A stretch of 63,709 nucleotides of DNA, filler included, from Octopus bimaculoides (Eukaryota): the NCBI RefSeq assembly GCF_001194135.2. It is 5 parts of 5 records of this genome, joined end to end, with 100 filler letters (N's around TTAATTAATTAA, not from the genome) between each part and the next. Parts side by side here need not be neighbours in the genome. Positions count along the whole stretch, not along the records: positions 1 to 16,950 come from NC_068983.1; 4 more parts are not named here. The stretch is one strand, 5' to 3'. A program made the position numbers and the translations under genes. This document shows, one piece after another, positions 1-12,629 of the stretch. Each line of letters starts with the position of its first letter. Position 1 is the stretch's first letter. Under the pieces are notes generated by a model. The model searched no databases. It was not told the DNA's origin and saw only the letters and a list, made by a program, of their open reading frames with translations.

Positions 1-9
1 GAATTGCAT
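1..9 (-). CDS. Putative start (ATG CAA TTC, M-Q-F) of an unidentified gene running off the left edge of the window
   Basis: First ATG downstream of the TATA box on the minus strand (9-7), in the context caacATG with A at -3. The ~180-nt leader has no ATG. Only 3 codons are visible. Confidence 0.4.
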
Positions 10-180
10 GTTGAGTTGTGTACGTAGAGAGATGTTGGCGTTAGCACGAATGGTGGCGGAGATGGCGATCGCTGAATGCTGTTGGACGAAGCTGGTAAGT
101 CTCAGCGTGGTTGCTGTTGTGTTGTCGCTGGAATTGGCTGCGTCTTGTGTGGTCAGTGGCTAGACTTCAAAAGGTCTGAA

Positions 181-295
181 ACCAATGACGTCGAGACGAT
201 GAGAAGCTGGAGTTTTTATAAGGAGCTGTAGGCTCAAAGTTGGGTAGAAAACAGGCTGTCACACGTGACCTTATTTGAAGGCTGCGATTGGTTGG
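181..295 (-). promoter_or_regulatory. Pol II core and proximal promoter of the left-edge gene
   Basis: Minus strand shows TATAAAAA (220-213), Inr-like TCATT (188-184) overlapping a CRE-like TGACGTC (186-192), an E-box GTCACGTG (~263-270) and CCAAT (~288-292). The region is locally CpG-rich. Confidence 0.5.
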
Positions 296-1439
296 GTTGC
301 ATGTTGGCACGCGCTAGAGCAAGAGACAAATTGCGTCAATACCAACAAACCAGAGTATTGGACGCAACAGGGTCCAAAATGCGACCAAAGGGTAGCTGTT
401 ATCTACAACGTTCGTATGTATGTATATATAATAGAGAGGAGAGGAATTTCACTCAAGTGTACACTACACATTCAAGTCAACTTCCATTCACTACACTACT
501 TTAATGTATTATCAAAGCGCTGTCTTTGGATGTAGTTTTTTGACGTATTGTACCTATTTACCTCCCCATCTAGCTTTCTGCCTCTTCGTCACCTCATCCC
601 CTATACTTTTAACTCTTTAACTCCAGCATCTTTGCTTAGCTGTTTCCTTCCATACCAAAGAGCCCTTCAATTTTATTTCTACCTTAATTTCATCACGTTA
701 TATTCTACACTCCTCGCAGTAAATTAATTTTCTGATTCTACTGAACGGCAAAATTGAAATAATAAAATTGCTGTTATTTATGCTTCTTAATAATTCATTA
801 TTATAAATGAATTTAAAATTTTCAGCAATAGTGGCGATTGCCATACCAAATTAATTACTGAATGCATTTATTGTTGAATACTTTCATTCGTTAAATACTT
901 CCATCGTTATTACTATCCAACTTTAAATATAAACTTATACAATTATTATCACAAGCATTGGGTCATCATCTTGTGTACTGATGAAGGAATTTTGTCTTAT
1001 GCATACGACCTCCTCTCTTGTTGATTTGCTTCCGTATTTTGTTAATGTTTCTAGTTAGGATGACGATTTTAGAAGAGATATCTTTTAGTTTCTTTGGGAT
1101 TTCTTAGTTCATGGTGTTAACATGTTGTTCTGATTTTATGGCATTTTAGTTTCTCGCATGGTGATAAAGAAGAGGAGAATAATTTTTTTTTTACTCTAGT
1201 AAAAATATAATGAAAATAAAAGACGTTGACAATATACTTCCACATTTACTCACCTCTTCTGCCGTCCCTCGGAACCGAGGATACTTGTTAGCTTGTACAA
1301 TATTTTCGCTAATTGTGTGTGCATGCGCGAGTCTTTGTTTGCATGCTTGTTCCCCACCACCACCTGTTGCTGTGTTTACGTCGCTATAACTTAGCGGTTC
1401 AGCAAAAAGCTGATTGGATAAGCATTAGACTTAAAAGAT

Positions 1440-1640
1440 TAAGTGTTGGGGACGATTTGCTTGACACAGAGTGTGAGAAGGATGTCTCTTTGTACTACAG
1501 GTAGAACTAATTTTTGCAAGCTGACCGGCTTGGGGTGATGTGAAGTGTCTTGTTCAAGAGCACAACGGGCCGCCGGTAATTAAACTTACGTCTTTACAAT
1601 CGTGAGCCGAATACACTAAACACCAAGCCATGCGCTTTCA
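1440..1640 (-). mobile_element. Degenerate tRNA-derived SINE
   Basis: Resembles 59820-60030 (gtgtcttgttcaagagcacaac vs gtgttttgctcaagaacacaac; cactaaacacc vs ctctaaccact). Confidence 0.45.
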
Positions 1641-2546
1641 CTATATATATTTGTGTGTGTGTGTATGTGGGGGGGGGGTGCGCATATAACTGGTACTCTG
1701 TCGGTTACGTCAATGATATAAACTCGAGTGCTTATATGTACTACAATTCCATACGAGAGGTCCTCTCATGATAGATGACGCAGTATTTTGTGTTCCAACA
1801 CAACATCCAGTTTTAGTTGGAGATGAATGTGTGTGTATGTGTGTGTGTGTGTTTGTATGTGCTTGTGTGTTTGTGTTTGTGTGTGTTTGCGTTTGTGTGT
1901 GTGTGTGTGTGCGTGTGTGCGTGTGTGTGTGTGAGAGAGAGTGTGTGTGTATACATATATACATACAGTTATATATAAATACACATAAATATACATAGAT
2001 ACTTCTATACTACAGCTATAAGACTAAATAAAATTTAAGTCAGATTTACCTAATAATGCATATAAAAAAGTAAATGAAACGTAAACCCTATGATATAGTA
2101 GTTACTCATAAATTCACACTCGTGTGCACGCTCATATACAACTAACGATCTAGAAAAATCACAAAAAGAAAAAGAAACTAACGAAATGCCTTTATACACC
2201 TTTCCTACCGTTGCATTTGCAAAACTAAATTCTCGTTTTTCTCTCCCGTTTCACACTGAATTAATATAAGTATGATTAATAATTTTGTACCGATAGGACT
2301 GAAGTAAGTCGAAATCGCTATAATTTAATATCATTATTTAGAACTCGGATCGAAAATGACACTTCAGTTAAATAAATCTAGACACATAAAAACGCACACG
2401 CACACATTTATATTTACTTAATTACATTTAGACTCAGAAGTAATTGATAATATCGGATGTTTCCACCTTTAATATTTAGGCCATTGTTTCAAATAATGCG
2501 CAATCACGGTTTCACGAATGGTAAATACACGTAATTATATAAAGTA

Positions 2547-2593
<47 letters not shown>

Positions 2594-2599
2594 CTTTGT

Positions 2600-3590
2600 T
2601 TTTCTCTAGGACTTATCCTTGGATGAGGTACGTTATAGTTAAGGTATAATATGTTACTAGAAATATATCTGCGCGTCTGGAGATGTTGAACATAATAGGT
2701 GAAAATATTTTTCAGACAGATATACGACGCAAAACGGTATTTCGAATGTGTAAGACAAAATATCTTCCTCCCCCACACACATCGTTAAACGTTAAGACCA
2801 GGGTAGGTAAGATCATCCTTAGTTTAGTTGATAGATACGTACCCCGTACCAATAGATTCAGCAAAATATTTAATAGATTTACCCTAAGATTATCCTTTAA
2901 CTGTGCACCTAGTGTAAAAAAGTTCTTAGTAGGTAGGCTCACACCCGAGGCAGAGGCAGGATGTTCATGTAGCGGTAACACAATTTGTCCACTGAACGGC
3001 CACTGCAATACGGAGACAGTTTTTACGAGGCATAAGTAACAGCAACAGGACCTAATGGAGAACCGAGCATGCGTAAGTATGCGGGGACAATGGAAGGTCT
3101 CTTCAGAACCCATTTTAATAACCACAAGCCCACCTTCAAAATCCTAAGTAGACGTAACGCCACAACTCTTGTCAAATATGTTCTTTCTGCCCACTGATCT
3201 TCCTAAAGAACAGACGTGAATTTTTCTGTCTCTTCTACTTAGCGTTCATAATAATTTTTCTATCGTCTTAGTCCAACAGTCCCCACCATTTGTTTTTACT
3301 GTCGTGTTTTTACTTGCTTTTACTGTTTTTATTGTTTTTACTGTATTGTTTTTACTGTCTTGTTCTCACTGTCCTGTTCTTGTTAACACTTTCACCCTCC
3401 GCAAAAAATTCCAAATTTTAATTAATTTGCTTTGCGGTAAGGACTGCTCCAACGAAGTCGCGTATTGTCCTTGCCTTCGAACCTCGGAGTAGAGGGACAG
3501 GGACAACTGACGAAGGGATATACTCTTTATGTTGCATGTCTCGTTTCTCTGTCTGTTTTTTTCGTTGTTCGAAAAAAGTTCTTTTTCTGT
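2600..3590 (+). mobile_element. Penelope-like element fragment (RT-GIY-YIG linker and start of GIY domain, plus 3' pLTR-like tail)
   Basis: ORF 2683-3039 reads PPHTSLNVKTRVGKIILSLVDRYVP...KIFNRFTLRLSFNCAP...CSCSGNTICPLNGHC. This fits the PLE pattern NPPF..NVKT.IG..FL.L+D+.FP...KIFNR.T+++S+SC.P...C.C...CPL.G.C. Confidence 0.75.
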
Positions 3591-3754
3591 TTTCGTTTTT
3601 ATATTTTCTTTTTTCGTTTCTCATTGTGTTTAACGTTTTCTTTATGTCCTGTATCCATATATGCTTGTATGTATACATATAGATGTAGGTATGTACATAT
3701 ATGTATGGATATATCCATATATCTATATATTTGTATGATATATATATATATATA

Positions 3755-3800
<46 letters not shown>

Positions 3801-4052
3801 ACACGCGTGATATTCTTTCAAGGGAGGTAATAATTCTGAGTGGTGTAATTCTGAGATGATTTCATTTCTTTACCTCCCCCACTTTCTCTTTTATGTTGGG
3901 TTCTGGGATTTATGGGTTTGTTGCATTCATGCAGATTGACTTCAGCTACACAACATCAATCATTAGTCATTCATTGGGTGTTATTTTCAGTTTCTATTTT
4001 TTTTCTCTCTTGTTTACAGCATTATATATGAGTGTCATCATTTCTTATTTCG

Positions 4053-4276
4053 TTATTGCCCACAAGGGGCTAAACATAGAGGGGACACACAAGGACAGAC
4101 AAAGGGATTAAGTCGATTACATCGACTCCAGTGCGAAACTGGTACTAAATTTATCGACCCCGAAAGGATGAAAGGCAAAGTTGACCTCGGCGGAATTTGA
4201 ACTCAGAACGTAACGGCAGACGAAATACCGATAAGCATTTCGCCCGGCGCGCTAACGTTTCTGCCAGCTCGCCGCC
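4053..4276 (-). mobile_element. Near-intact tRNA-derived SINE (main family in this window)
   Basis: Reverse complement reads ggcggcgagctggcagaaacgttagc...ctgagttcaaattccgccgaggtcaactttgcctttcatcctttcggggtcgataaa, with A/B-box-like motifs. At least 7 related copies occur in the window. Confidence 0.85.
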
Positions 4277-4300
4277 ATCATTTCGAGTGTCATCATTTCT

Positions 4301-4478
4301 AAGGCGACAAGCGGGATGAAATTTTAGCATGTCATGCACTACTGCTTAACTATATTTCTTCCGGTTCTTTGCGCTCTGAGTTCAAATTCAATTCTTTCGG
4401 GGTCGATAATATAAGTAACAGTTGAACACTTACATGTCCTGTCAAATTTTCTGGCTTTATGCCAAAATTGAAAACAAT
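4301..4478 (+). mobile_element. Degenerate copy of the same SINE family, head-to-head with the previous copy
   Basis: aaggcgac...ctgagttcaaattc...tttcggggtcgataa. Confidence 0.65.
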
Positions 4479-5302
4479 TACACTGTGTAACACGATTTTT
4501 GTCCTTAGGTAGCAACTGTTATTTCCTATTTGCTTACCCAAATGGTTAATATTTCCTTCAAACTATGCTTTTGTTACATTTATTCTAACCGCCCCCCCCC
4601 CAATCCCTCTCAACACATGTCTATGATGCTACTCCTGTTCATGGTCAGAGATGCACATATTATCAACCATTAACGGACATTCTCATGTGGCTAACGTCAA
4701 GTAACTTACAAGCAAATCTGTGGTATTAAGCAGAATATTTGCTATAACGATATTTCTGTTTCAGCAAGTCAGCACTGAATCTATCTGAAATGTAATGGAA
4801 AATAGGTCAGTTTCAAAACATTTATGTCCAGGTCACAGAAGTTAAGTTTGAAGGGAATAGTAGTCACTTCCTTTGATTTCTAAATAAAAGCAAACAAGGA
4901 ATAGCACTTACTGACCAAAGACAAACGAAATGGTTACACAGTGTTATTGTCATCAGTTTTTCAAGTAAAATATAAAGTAATGAAAAAGAGAAAAGGGAGA
5001 GTGAAAAAACTGTAGGAAAAATATGGACGAATGCAATAATGGGGAAATGAAAAAAAAAAAAATGAAAACTGCGAATGTCCAATGATGACCGATCAGTGAC
5101 CGTTATAAATATATCAAAAACACACTGCATGAACACAATAGCACCATATATTTTAGGGATCAACATGAAAGAAAGAAAAACAATGAAGACCCAATGACTA
5201 TAAGACTAGTTTTAGGTATGTTGGGGTAATCGGTCAGCAGACGTATCGCGAACGAAGAGTTATGTTTGATTTTTGCAGATAAAAAATTTTCGTTATGTAT
5301 AA

Positions 5303-5351
<49 letters not shown>

Positions 5352-6119
5352 ATAGGCTTCGTTTTGCCTTACATGACATTTACCAGCCTCGGGAATATTG
5401 TAAGAAATCACTGTCCAAAGTACCACTCAGTGAGACCGAGGTATTCCATTTTCTGCTACTTTGTAAAATAGTCTGATATCTATTGAAACGTCTGGACTAA
5501 TTTTTATAAAATTGATTTAACAACTTAATTCATTATCCAGTGTGTTTAACCTGTTTTCTATAAGGTAAGGTGTGCTTGAGAGTGACATGGATTTGGCTGC
5601 TACTTTGAGCAGATTCTCATTAGCACATGCGTGTATGTGTGTCTTTTTTTAAATCACGTGTGAACTAAACTAGACCTGCTTTGATCGAAAAATCACATAT
5701 ATACACGTGTAAATAGCTATATATTATCAACGCATAGATTTACACACATATGTACCCACATGCGTAAACTAACATTGCAACCATCTGACTTCTATTCTAG
5801 CCATCGCTCCAAATACAACCTCCACTCCTTTACATCATTCCACGTGTAAACTCTGCGTTCTTTATTTGCTAATCTAAATTCCCACCCTCGCCGTCACCAA
5901 CATTACTATCGCCTCTCTACCCCCGTCCCTCCTTCCATTTCTTGTACTAACACTACCGATTCGACTGCTCCACCTCCGCCATACTGACGTAGGCTGCCTT
6001 CGCCGCCTTCGTTACCATTGTTACCACCATCATTATCGCAATCCTAACAAGTTCCACTACCACCCTACCCTACGTCACCCTGCCAGCAGCATAGCTACCA
6101 CTGCCACTACTACGACCAC

Positions 6120-6546
6120 TTACCGTCACCACCGTAATCATCATCATCATCATCATCATCATCACAAACCCCCTGTCACCTCTATCGCTCTAAAAACAGA
6201 ACTTCGAAAACAATCGCCAACTTCACCATCAAAAGCCTCGCAACAATTGCATCTGCCATTGCGGCTACTATTGGTATTGCGGTTGCTGCTGCTGCATGAA
6301 CAATAAAAACAACTACAACTACAAATACCACCACCACCACCACCACCACCACTATCATCNNNNNNNNNNNNNNNNNNNNNNNNNNNNNNNNNNNNNNNNN
6401 NNNNNNNNNNNNNNNNNNNNNNNNNNNNNNNNNNNNNNNNNNNNNNNNNNNNNNNNNNNNNNNNNNNNNNNNNNNNNNNNNNNNNNNNNNNNNNNNNNNN
6501 NNNNNNNNNNNNNNNNNNNNNNNNNNNNNNNNNNNNNNNNNNNNNN

Positions 6547-6584
<38 letters not shown>

Positions 6585-6618
6585 GTACCACCGCCACCAC
6601 CACCACCACCACCACCAA

Positions 6619-6678
<60 letters not shown>
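6120..6678. repeat. Compound trinucleotide microsatellite (CAT/CAC/TAC)n spanning an N gap
   Basis: Direct reading. The poly-T, poly-S, poly-V and poly-H ORFs here are artefacts. Confidence 0.9.
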
Positions 6679-8057
6679 GTTTGATAACAAATGAAGTAAA
6701 CCTAAACCACGCCCCCATGTTCCCTCCATTCTATCCTTGCATTTCCTTTCAGCTTTTTCTCTCCGTTCCTTCCTTACTCCTTTCATTCATTACTTTCTCT
6801 TCACTCTTTTCCTCGTTGTTTTCTTTTGTCTTTTAATCCATGCTGCTTTCTTCGCCACGTTTATTCTATATTTGTTTTCCGTCCGTCGGTTTGCTAAACA
6901 AACCAATCAAATATTCCTCAAACCACATCCAATTGTCTAAAAATAAGATTTAATAAAATTTAAAAAAAAACGACATTCGATAATTTTTTTTTTCGGAGAC
7001 GTTATTATTAGAATAAGGCGTGATGATCATGACTGGAATACCGTTGATCGCAGGACTGCAGTTAAAAATGACCTAGTGTTAAACGATAGGCACAACAGTT
7101 GGTTTGTTTTGATTTGTTTTTGGTCGAGGTAAAAGCGACAGAGAGAATAAATACCAAACTTAAAAAATAAGGTCTGTGATCAATTTGTTAGACTAAATCA
7201 TTGAAGGTGGTGCTCCAGCATTACCATAGTCCAGTGACTGAAACGAATAAAATAGAAATAGATAAGTTATGAGGATGCCAGTACTTCTAATCTTGGGAAA
7301 TACATTCAGCAAATGTTCATCTTTAAAATCTGTTGGTCAGTGTTTTAGTCGAAAAAAAAAAAATGGACGACGTGTTAAAGCAGCGGAAAGGACGCATTGC
7401 ACAGTTTATAGTGGCTCATAACCTGAGTTCAAATCTCGCTGAAGTCAAAACTGCCTTCCATCCTTACGGAGTAGATAAAGAAATGTCGAGGGTGATTCTT
7501 CTTCTTCTTCTTCTTCTTCGTCTTCTTCTCCTCCTTGCTCTGCCTGCTGCGCGCTGTGAGAGAATCGTAGCAGATGATTCACAGAGCCTGCGATAAGACA
7601 GGTGACCCAACCAACCAACATTAAGTGTATAATCTGAGTTAGAACGATCTACTTAGATTCCATGTGTTGATGGTTACACAAGATACAGAAAGTTTGATGT
7701 CGGGGAAGAGTAGTAATTATGAAGGAGAAATAACTGATTAAAGTTTTTTATAACGACATCTAAGAAGTGAGGAGAATAAACGTTTGGGACGGATCGAACA
7801 GTTGAACCAGACGTAGAGTACAGTAAGGACATGATACAGCGGAGCAGGGGCTGTTGTTCTAATCAGAACGAATCCGTATGCTGGTAGTTTGTAGCTTGTT
7901 GAATTGGCTATTTTGGGATATCTGATAAGACTACGATCTATATTTATATGGTTTTTACCACCTTTTTTCCTTTTCTTTTTAACAACATTCTTTTCTGTGT
8001 TTCTTTTTCCCTTTGTTCATTCCGATATTTTTCTCTTATTCTTCTTCCAGTGTTCTA

Positions 8058-8089
8058 TCTTTCTATCTATCTATCTATCTATCTATCTG

Positions 8090-8150
<61 letters not shown>
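8058..8150. repeat. (ATCT)n microsatellite
   Basis: Direct reading. Confidence 0.95.
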
Positions 8151-8151
<1 letters not shown>

Positions 8152-8708
8152 GATTGATCGATTGATAGATTCATTTTCTTTTACTACATTCTGTCTTTCT
8201 GCACACCTTTTCTGTCTTCTCAGCGAAATCTTTACTGTCTTTCATTCTGTTTTTCTTTTTTTGTCTCTTTCCTATACTTTCTTTTTCCTGTTTTCATGCT
8301 TTCTCCACATGTCCATTATTTTATTTTATTTTATTTCTTTTATCTTCCTTTTCAGTCTTTTCATTCTCTTTTTCTGCTCTTATTTTCCTTACACTTTTCT
8401 CTTCTGTTCTTATCAATTTCATCCGTTCATTATAATTGTTTCTCTTTGTTTTGTGTCTTTTCTAATCTACATACACATGAACCGAAAGGAAAACCTCTAG
8501 GTGTTCACTCAATTTGCTAGAAATAGCTGTCGAATTTCTCTCTGATAACACTTCACCTTTTTAAAGAAGAACACAAACACATTGGATAATGTTGCCCAAG
8601 GTACACTAAGGCTGAAAACGTTTGAATAAATAGAATGCATCTGATGATAGGTTTGCTTGATCAGGGCCAACTTGGCGTTAAACAACAAAAGCAAGAATAA
8701 GAACACCA

Positions 8709-8807
8709 GGAAGAAGAAGAAGAAGAAGAAGAAGAAGAAGAAGAAGAAGAAGAAGAAGAAGAAGAAGAAGAAGAAGAAGAAGAAGAAGAAGAAGAAGAAG
8801 AAGAAGA
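8709..8807. repeat. Perfect (GAA)n tract of ~33 units
   Basis: Direct reading. Confidence 0.95.
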
Positions 8808-9014
8808 ATGTACCTATATATCTGCAGTAAAGCTTCGAGTTAATTGAGTAAGATCCTAACGTTAAATCGTAGGTAACCTGAAATTTACACCGACCCACAA
8901 ATGGATGGAGAGCAAAGTCCACTTCGTGAAAGAAACTTACGTAAATCATAGAAACACGAATGAAATTGATTTCAAAAGAAAAAGGAGCCTACTGTGGAAA
9001 TGCAATTTGTCAAA

Positions 9015-9017
<3 letters not shown>

Positions 9018-9080
<63 letters not shown>

Positions 9081-9088
9081 TATTATTT
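9018..9088. repeat. (TAT)n microsatellite
   Basis: Direct reading. Confidence 0.95.
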
Positions 9089-9755
9089 TGTGATTTTAAA
9101 ACGCCCTAATATCTTGATAGAAAACATAAGTGTCATAGTTTTCTCATGTTTTTCAAAATATTATCAACCGAGGTTCTTGAAAATACAGGTTTTGGTAAGA
9201 ATTCCATGTGTTTATGTCTGCATTTGTCCCAAGTAACCCAAGATCTGCTTATTTATGAATGTAGCACACTGGTCAATGTAGTCAACGTATGCTGGTTAAC
9301 TCTAGTCAGTTTAATTTCTATACAACTGTAATAAAATATACAAATATGCTAATTATATTTCCAACGCTCAATATGCAAATTAGGCAACATGTTTTTACAA
9401 ATTTGCAACAGCATTACGTTCCTCATTGTATTTATTATATGTTTGTCCTATTTCGATAGAAATATATTGAATTTGTCAGTAGTAACTTTTATGCAATTAA
9501 ATATACTGTTAATCTTTCGGCCTTTTCTTTGTATACTAGTTTTATTGTATAGACAGTCTGAGAGTCCGATATTTTTTCAAATTGGTAAAAAAATATGTTG
9601 TAAGCGGTGCCCCTGCATGGCCCCAGTTCAGTGACTGAAATAAGCAACAGGTAAAGTAAAAGGTAAAAGATAACTAAAATATGCTAGGTGATAGAACTAA
9701 TCGTAACTCTCCCCAATGAAGCTATTTTTGAAAGATAGACATGTAACAGATGTCA

Positions 9756-9930
9756 AGTGCAGAAATCAATTGCGTTAAATTGAGAAACTATGTCTTGCCC
9801 AACTCCAGTATTCTTTAGGCTTACGCTATATATCTTATACACATGTATAAGGCATATAGTGTAAGCCTAAAGAATACTGATTCAGACAAGGCGTGGTTTC
9901 TCAATTTAAGGCAATTGATTTCTGTGCATT
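9756..9930. repeat. Long imperfect palindrome (~85-bp arms, 2-nt loop)
   Basis: Left arm gtgcagaaatcaattgcgttaaattgagaaac...cagtattctttaggcttacgctatatatcttataca, loop ca (9842-9843). The right arm reverse-complements to gcacagaaatcaattgccttaaattgagaaac...cagtattctttaggcttacactatatgccttataca. Confidence 0.9.
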
Positions 9931-10199
9931 CTTTCTGGAACACATAGAAATTAAGAAAAGGATAAATTAAAAAAAAATTCATCTGCAACTGCTGTTAAAA
10001 CTGTCTACCATATGCAACAAATATACAGAACCTGTTTGACAGGTTCTTCATTTTTGGAGTGCAATATATAATGGGCATAAAGATCATTTACTTTTGTGGG
10101 CTGGATGAAAGCATAAACTAGAAATCTAGGGCCGGATATAGACAATTGTTCCATCTAAACCCTACATTCTCAAGTAAATATATAAGGGGACAATACACT

Positions 10200-11520
10200 A
10201 GAACAATTGTATTAACAATAAAGAAAGAAAAAATTGTGAGCTGCTAGTTATGTGTGCATTCAGAGATGGATGGCAAAAACTCTCCCGCATAGTTTATATG
10301 CAGTACTGTTAAGTAAGAGTCCTTAAAATTAGGGGGCCTCAGATATTGGATGATCTCAAGCTAAACGAGTGTACTCCAATAGTAAAAAACCGCACTATGA
10401 ATCAAATTGTGCCTGTTGAAAAATGGATTAAAGGAAAATTAGATCGTTACCCCTATTCAATCATCGTATTTACTAGTTTACCAGGATAAGGTCGAAAAGT
10501 TAGATACTGGACCAAACTCGATCCAAGATTGACTAGAGAATCTCCTTGTCGAGGATACCTTTCATTAAGGGCGTCTAGTAACATCTGATCCCCCAGAAAC
10601 GAAACAAAAAAGAGAATTGGATAAGGGACAAATGCCAATAAATAGAAAAAAGAAACAACTAAAGTGAAGGTTCAACAACAGATTGTTGATTGATATAACA
10701 TCAGCGAAAGAAACACTAATACAAAACAATGTACAACACTAATACAAAACAAGAACCCCGAATAAGATGCCAAAAAATGTCTACAGAGATATTATAGGGT
10801 AGAAAAACAGAAAATAGAATTCAACCAACCAACCAACCAGCTAACTAACCACTTACAAGGGAAAAAAATGCTGAAAATTTTTGGAGCAACATATGAAAAA
10901 ATGACATACACAAAAGAGAATCAAAATAACATAAATAGCCACATATGGTCAAATATAAGCATCACTGAAAATTCAAATGTTATCAAGTCGATTAAGAACT
11001 AGAAGTTACCTGGTCTTGAGGGGATTGTAAATTTCTGGAGAAAATATTTGTCATATATTCGCCAAGATCTAACTAATGAGTACAACCTAACAGCAAAAAT
11101 TCCCGGTAATTGTCCGCACTGCCTAACACAAAAGATAATTTCACTGCTTACTAAGACTTAATATATAGAAACATTGAAAAAAAAGAAAACTATAAATCTC
11201 TTACCTGTCTACAACCGATATATGTATCCTCACCTTTATTACCACACGACAGACCTCTGTTTCCCTAAACAACAACAACTTGCTACCAGCGGATAAGAAA
11301 GGATGTGGAAGGAGAAGATATAGATGCAAAGATCAGTTGCTCATAAAGTCCGGATAGTGTGCCAAATACTTTGATATTGAAGAAACTTGTGACTATAAAA
11401 ATCTATAACAAAAAATTTCATAAAAGAGACAATGAATCATTGGAAAACAACTCTATATTTAAACCATAATAAAGAGTCAGTACAGTCATGACACATCAGA
11501 TTTTATGCGTGGAGAATGGG
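10200..11520 (+). mobile_element. Decayed R4/Dong-clade non-LTR retrotransposon (N-terminal region and RT)
   Basis: Frameshifted peptides KLPGLEGIVNFWRKYL, ENYKSLTCL, KKGCGRRRYRCKDQLLI, KFIKETMNHWKTTLYL and MRGEWVTP match the R4/Dong RT pattern (KAPG.DGI.NFW.K; NYRPITCL; QKGC...GCK.QLLI; FQGDSLSP). The match for 10200-10600 is weaker. Confidence 0.65.
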
Positions 11521-12274
11521 TTACTCCTCATGATTTTTTTGCATAACTCTCTTGGAGCGTGTTCGTTTATTTTAATCCTTGTTAAATTTTCTTGTATTTT
11601 TCGCTGTCTGTAGCACTCCCCCACACATCTAGCTCGTTCCCCATGTCCCCCTCATTATCACAAGAAAAAGAGGTACCGCTGCTAATCATGGCCAGACGGG
11701 GGTTTTCGTTAAATTCATATTTGTCTTTTGGGACCACAGACTAGGTAAACACCCTTCAGTGTCTTCGGAGCTGCGTTATTTAACCATACTTATTCTTTCT
11801 AGACTTATAGAAAAGATAATCATATTACATGAAAATTCTGTGAATTATCTAAACAAAAATACTTCTTACTAAATGCTGCCATCTCGACTAGTATCTGCTA
11901 AAATTTTGGAAATGTACAACAATATTGGGGAAGCAGATTATCGCTGCCTTATATGGTTTAACGATAACAACCATATCATTTCAGGACTTAGTTTTTGATC
12001 GAAATTCTTGCTTTCGTATATTTTCCCCGATATTGTGACACATATTAATTATGGGGCCAATGGTAATCTAACAGAAAGAATCTATTTCAGACAGAAGGAC
12101 TTAAAAAGTGTCGTGTAACCTATAACAGATGAGCATTACACTGAAATTCAAGAACTTCATGAACGCCATAATTTCTCCTCTTACTAGGAACTGCTCTTAA
12201 GTAGTGTGTTGACTGAGTCATGATTCAGACATGAAATTATAGCAATAATATATCAACCCAGTAAATGACTATAT

Positions 12275-12283
12275 CAATATCAA

Positions 12284-12335
<52 letters not shown>

Positions 12336-12501
12336 CCTTTTGGGAATTCAAATTGTTAAAAAAACGTCACCTTGTTATCTATTTGTGTACACGCCCCCAT
12401 CCCGCCACCAAAAGTCCTTTCTTTTATCCTTTTTGATCGATTTCGAAAAAGAAAAATTCTACATTGTATTGTCCTCTTTATGATAAGCTCTGTGTGGCTA
12501 A

Positions 12502-12574
<73 letters not shown>

Positions 12575-12584
12575 NNNNNNNNNN

Positions 12585-12629
<45 letters not shown>

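Noticed and set aside
265-535. Plus-strand ORFs of 79 and 86 aa over the promoter
   Set aside because: No recognisable motifs, and they overlap the minus-strand promoter elements. This length is expected by chance.
975-1000. CTGATGAAGG resembling a hammerhead core
   Set aside because: No stem II followed by GAAA downstream.
3505-3540. CTGACGAAGGG in the Penelope tail as a hammerhead
   Set aside because: No GAAA or closing stem follows; at most a decayed remnant.
6182-6786. Long Ser/Thr/Val/His-rich ORFs (also 58521-58886 and 62695-63046)
   Set aside because: These are translations of trinucleotide microsatellites and N gaps, with no splice or domain support.
9930-10640. Endogenous parvovirus or CRESS Rep (terminal hairpin plus ILDD...KGK...IIVFTS as SF3 motifs)
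   Set aside because: There is no credible Walker A at the right spacing. The frame runs into clear R4/Dong sequence and fits its N-terminal region better.
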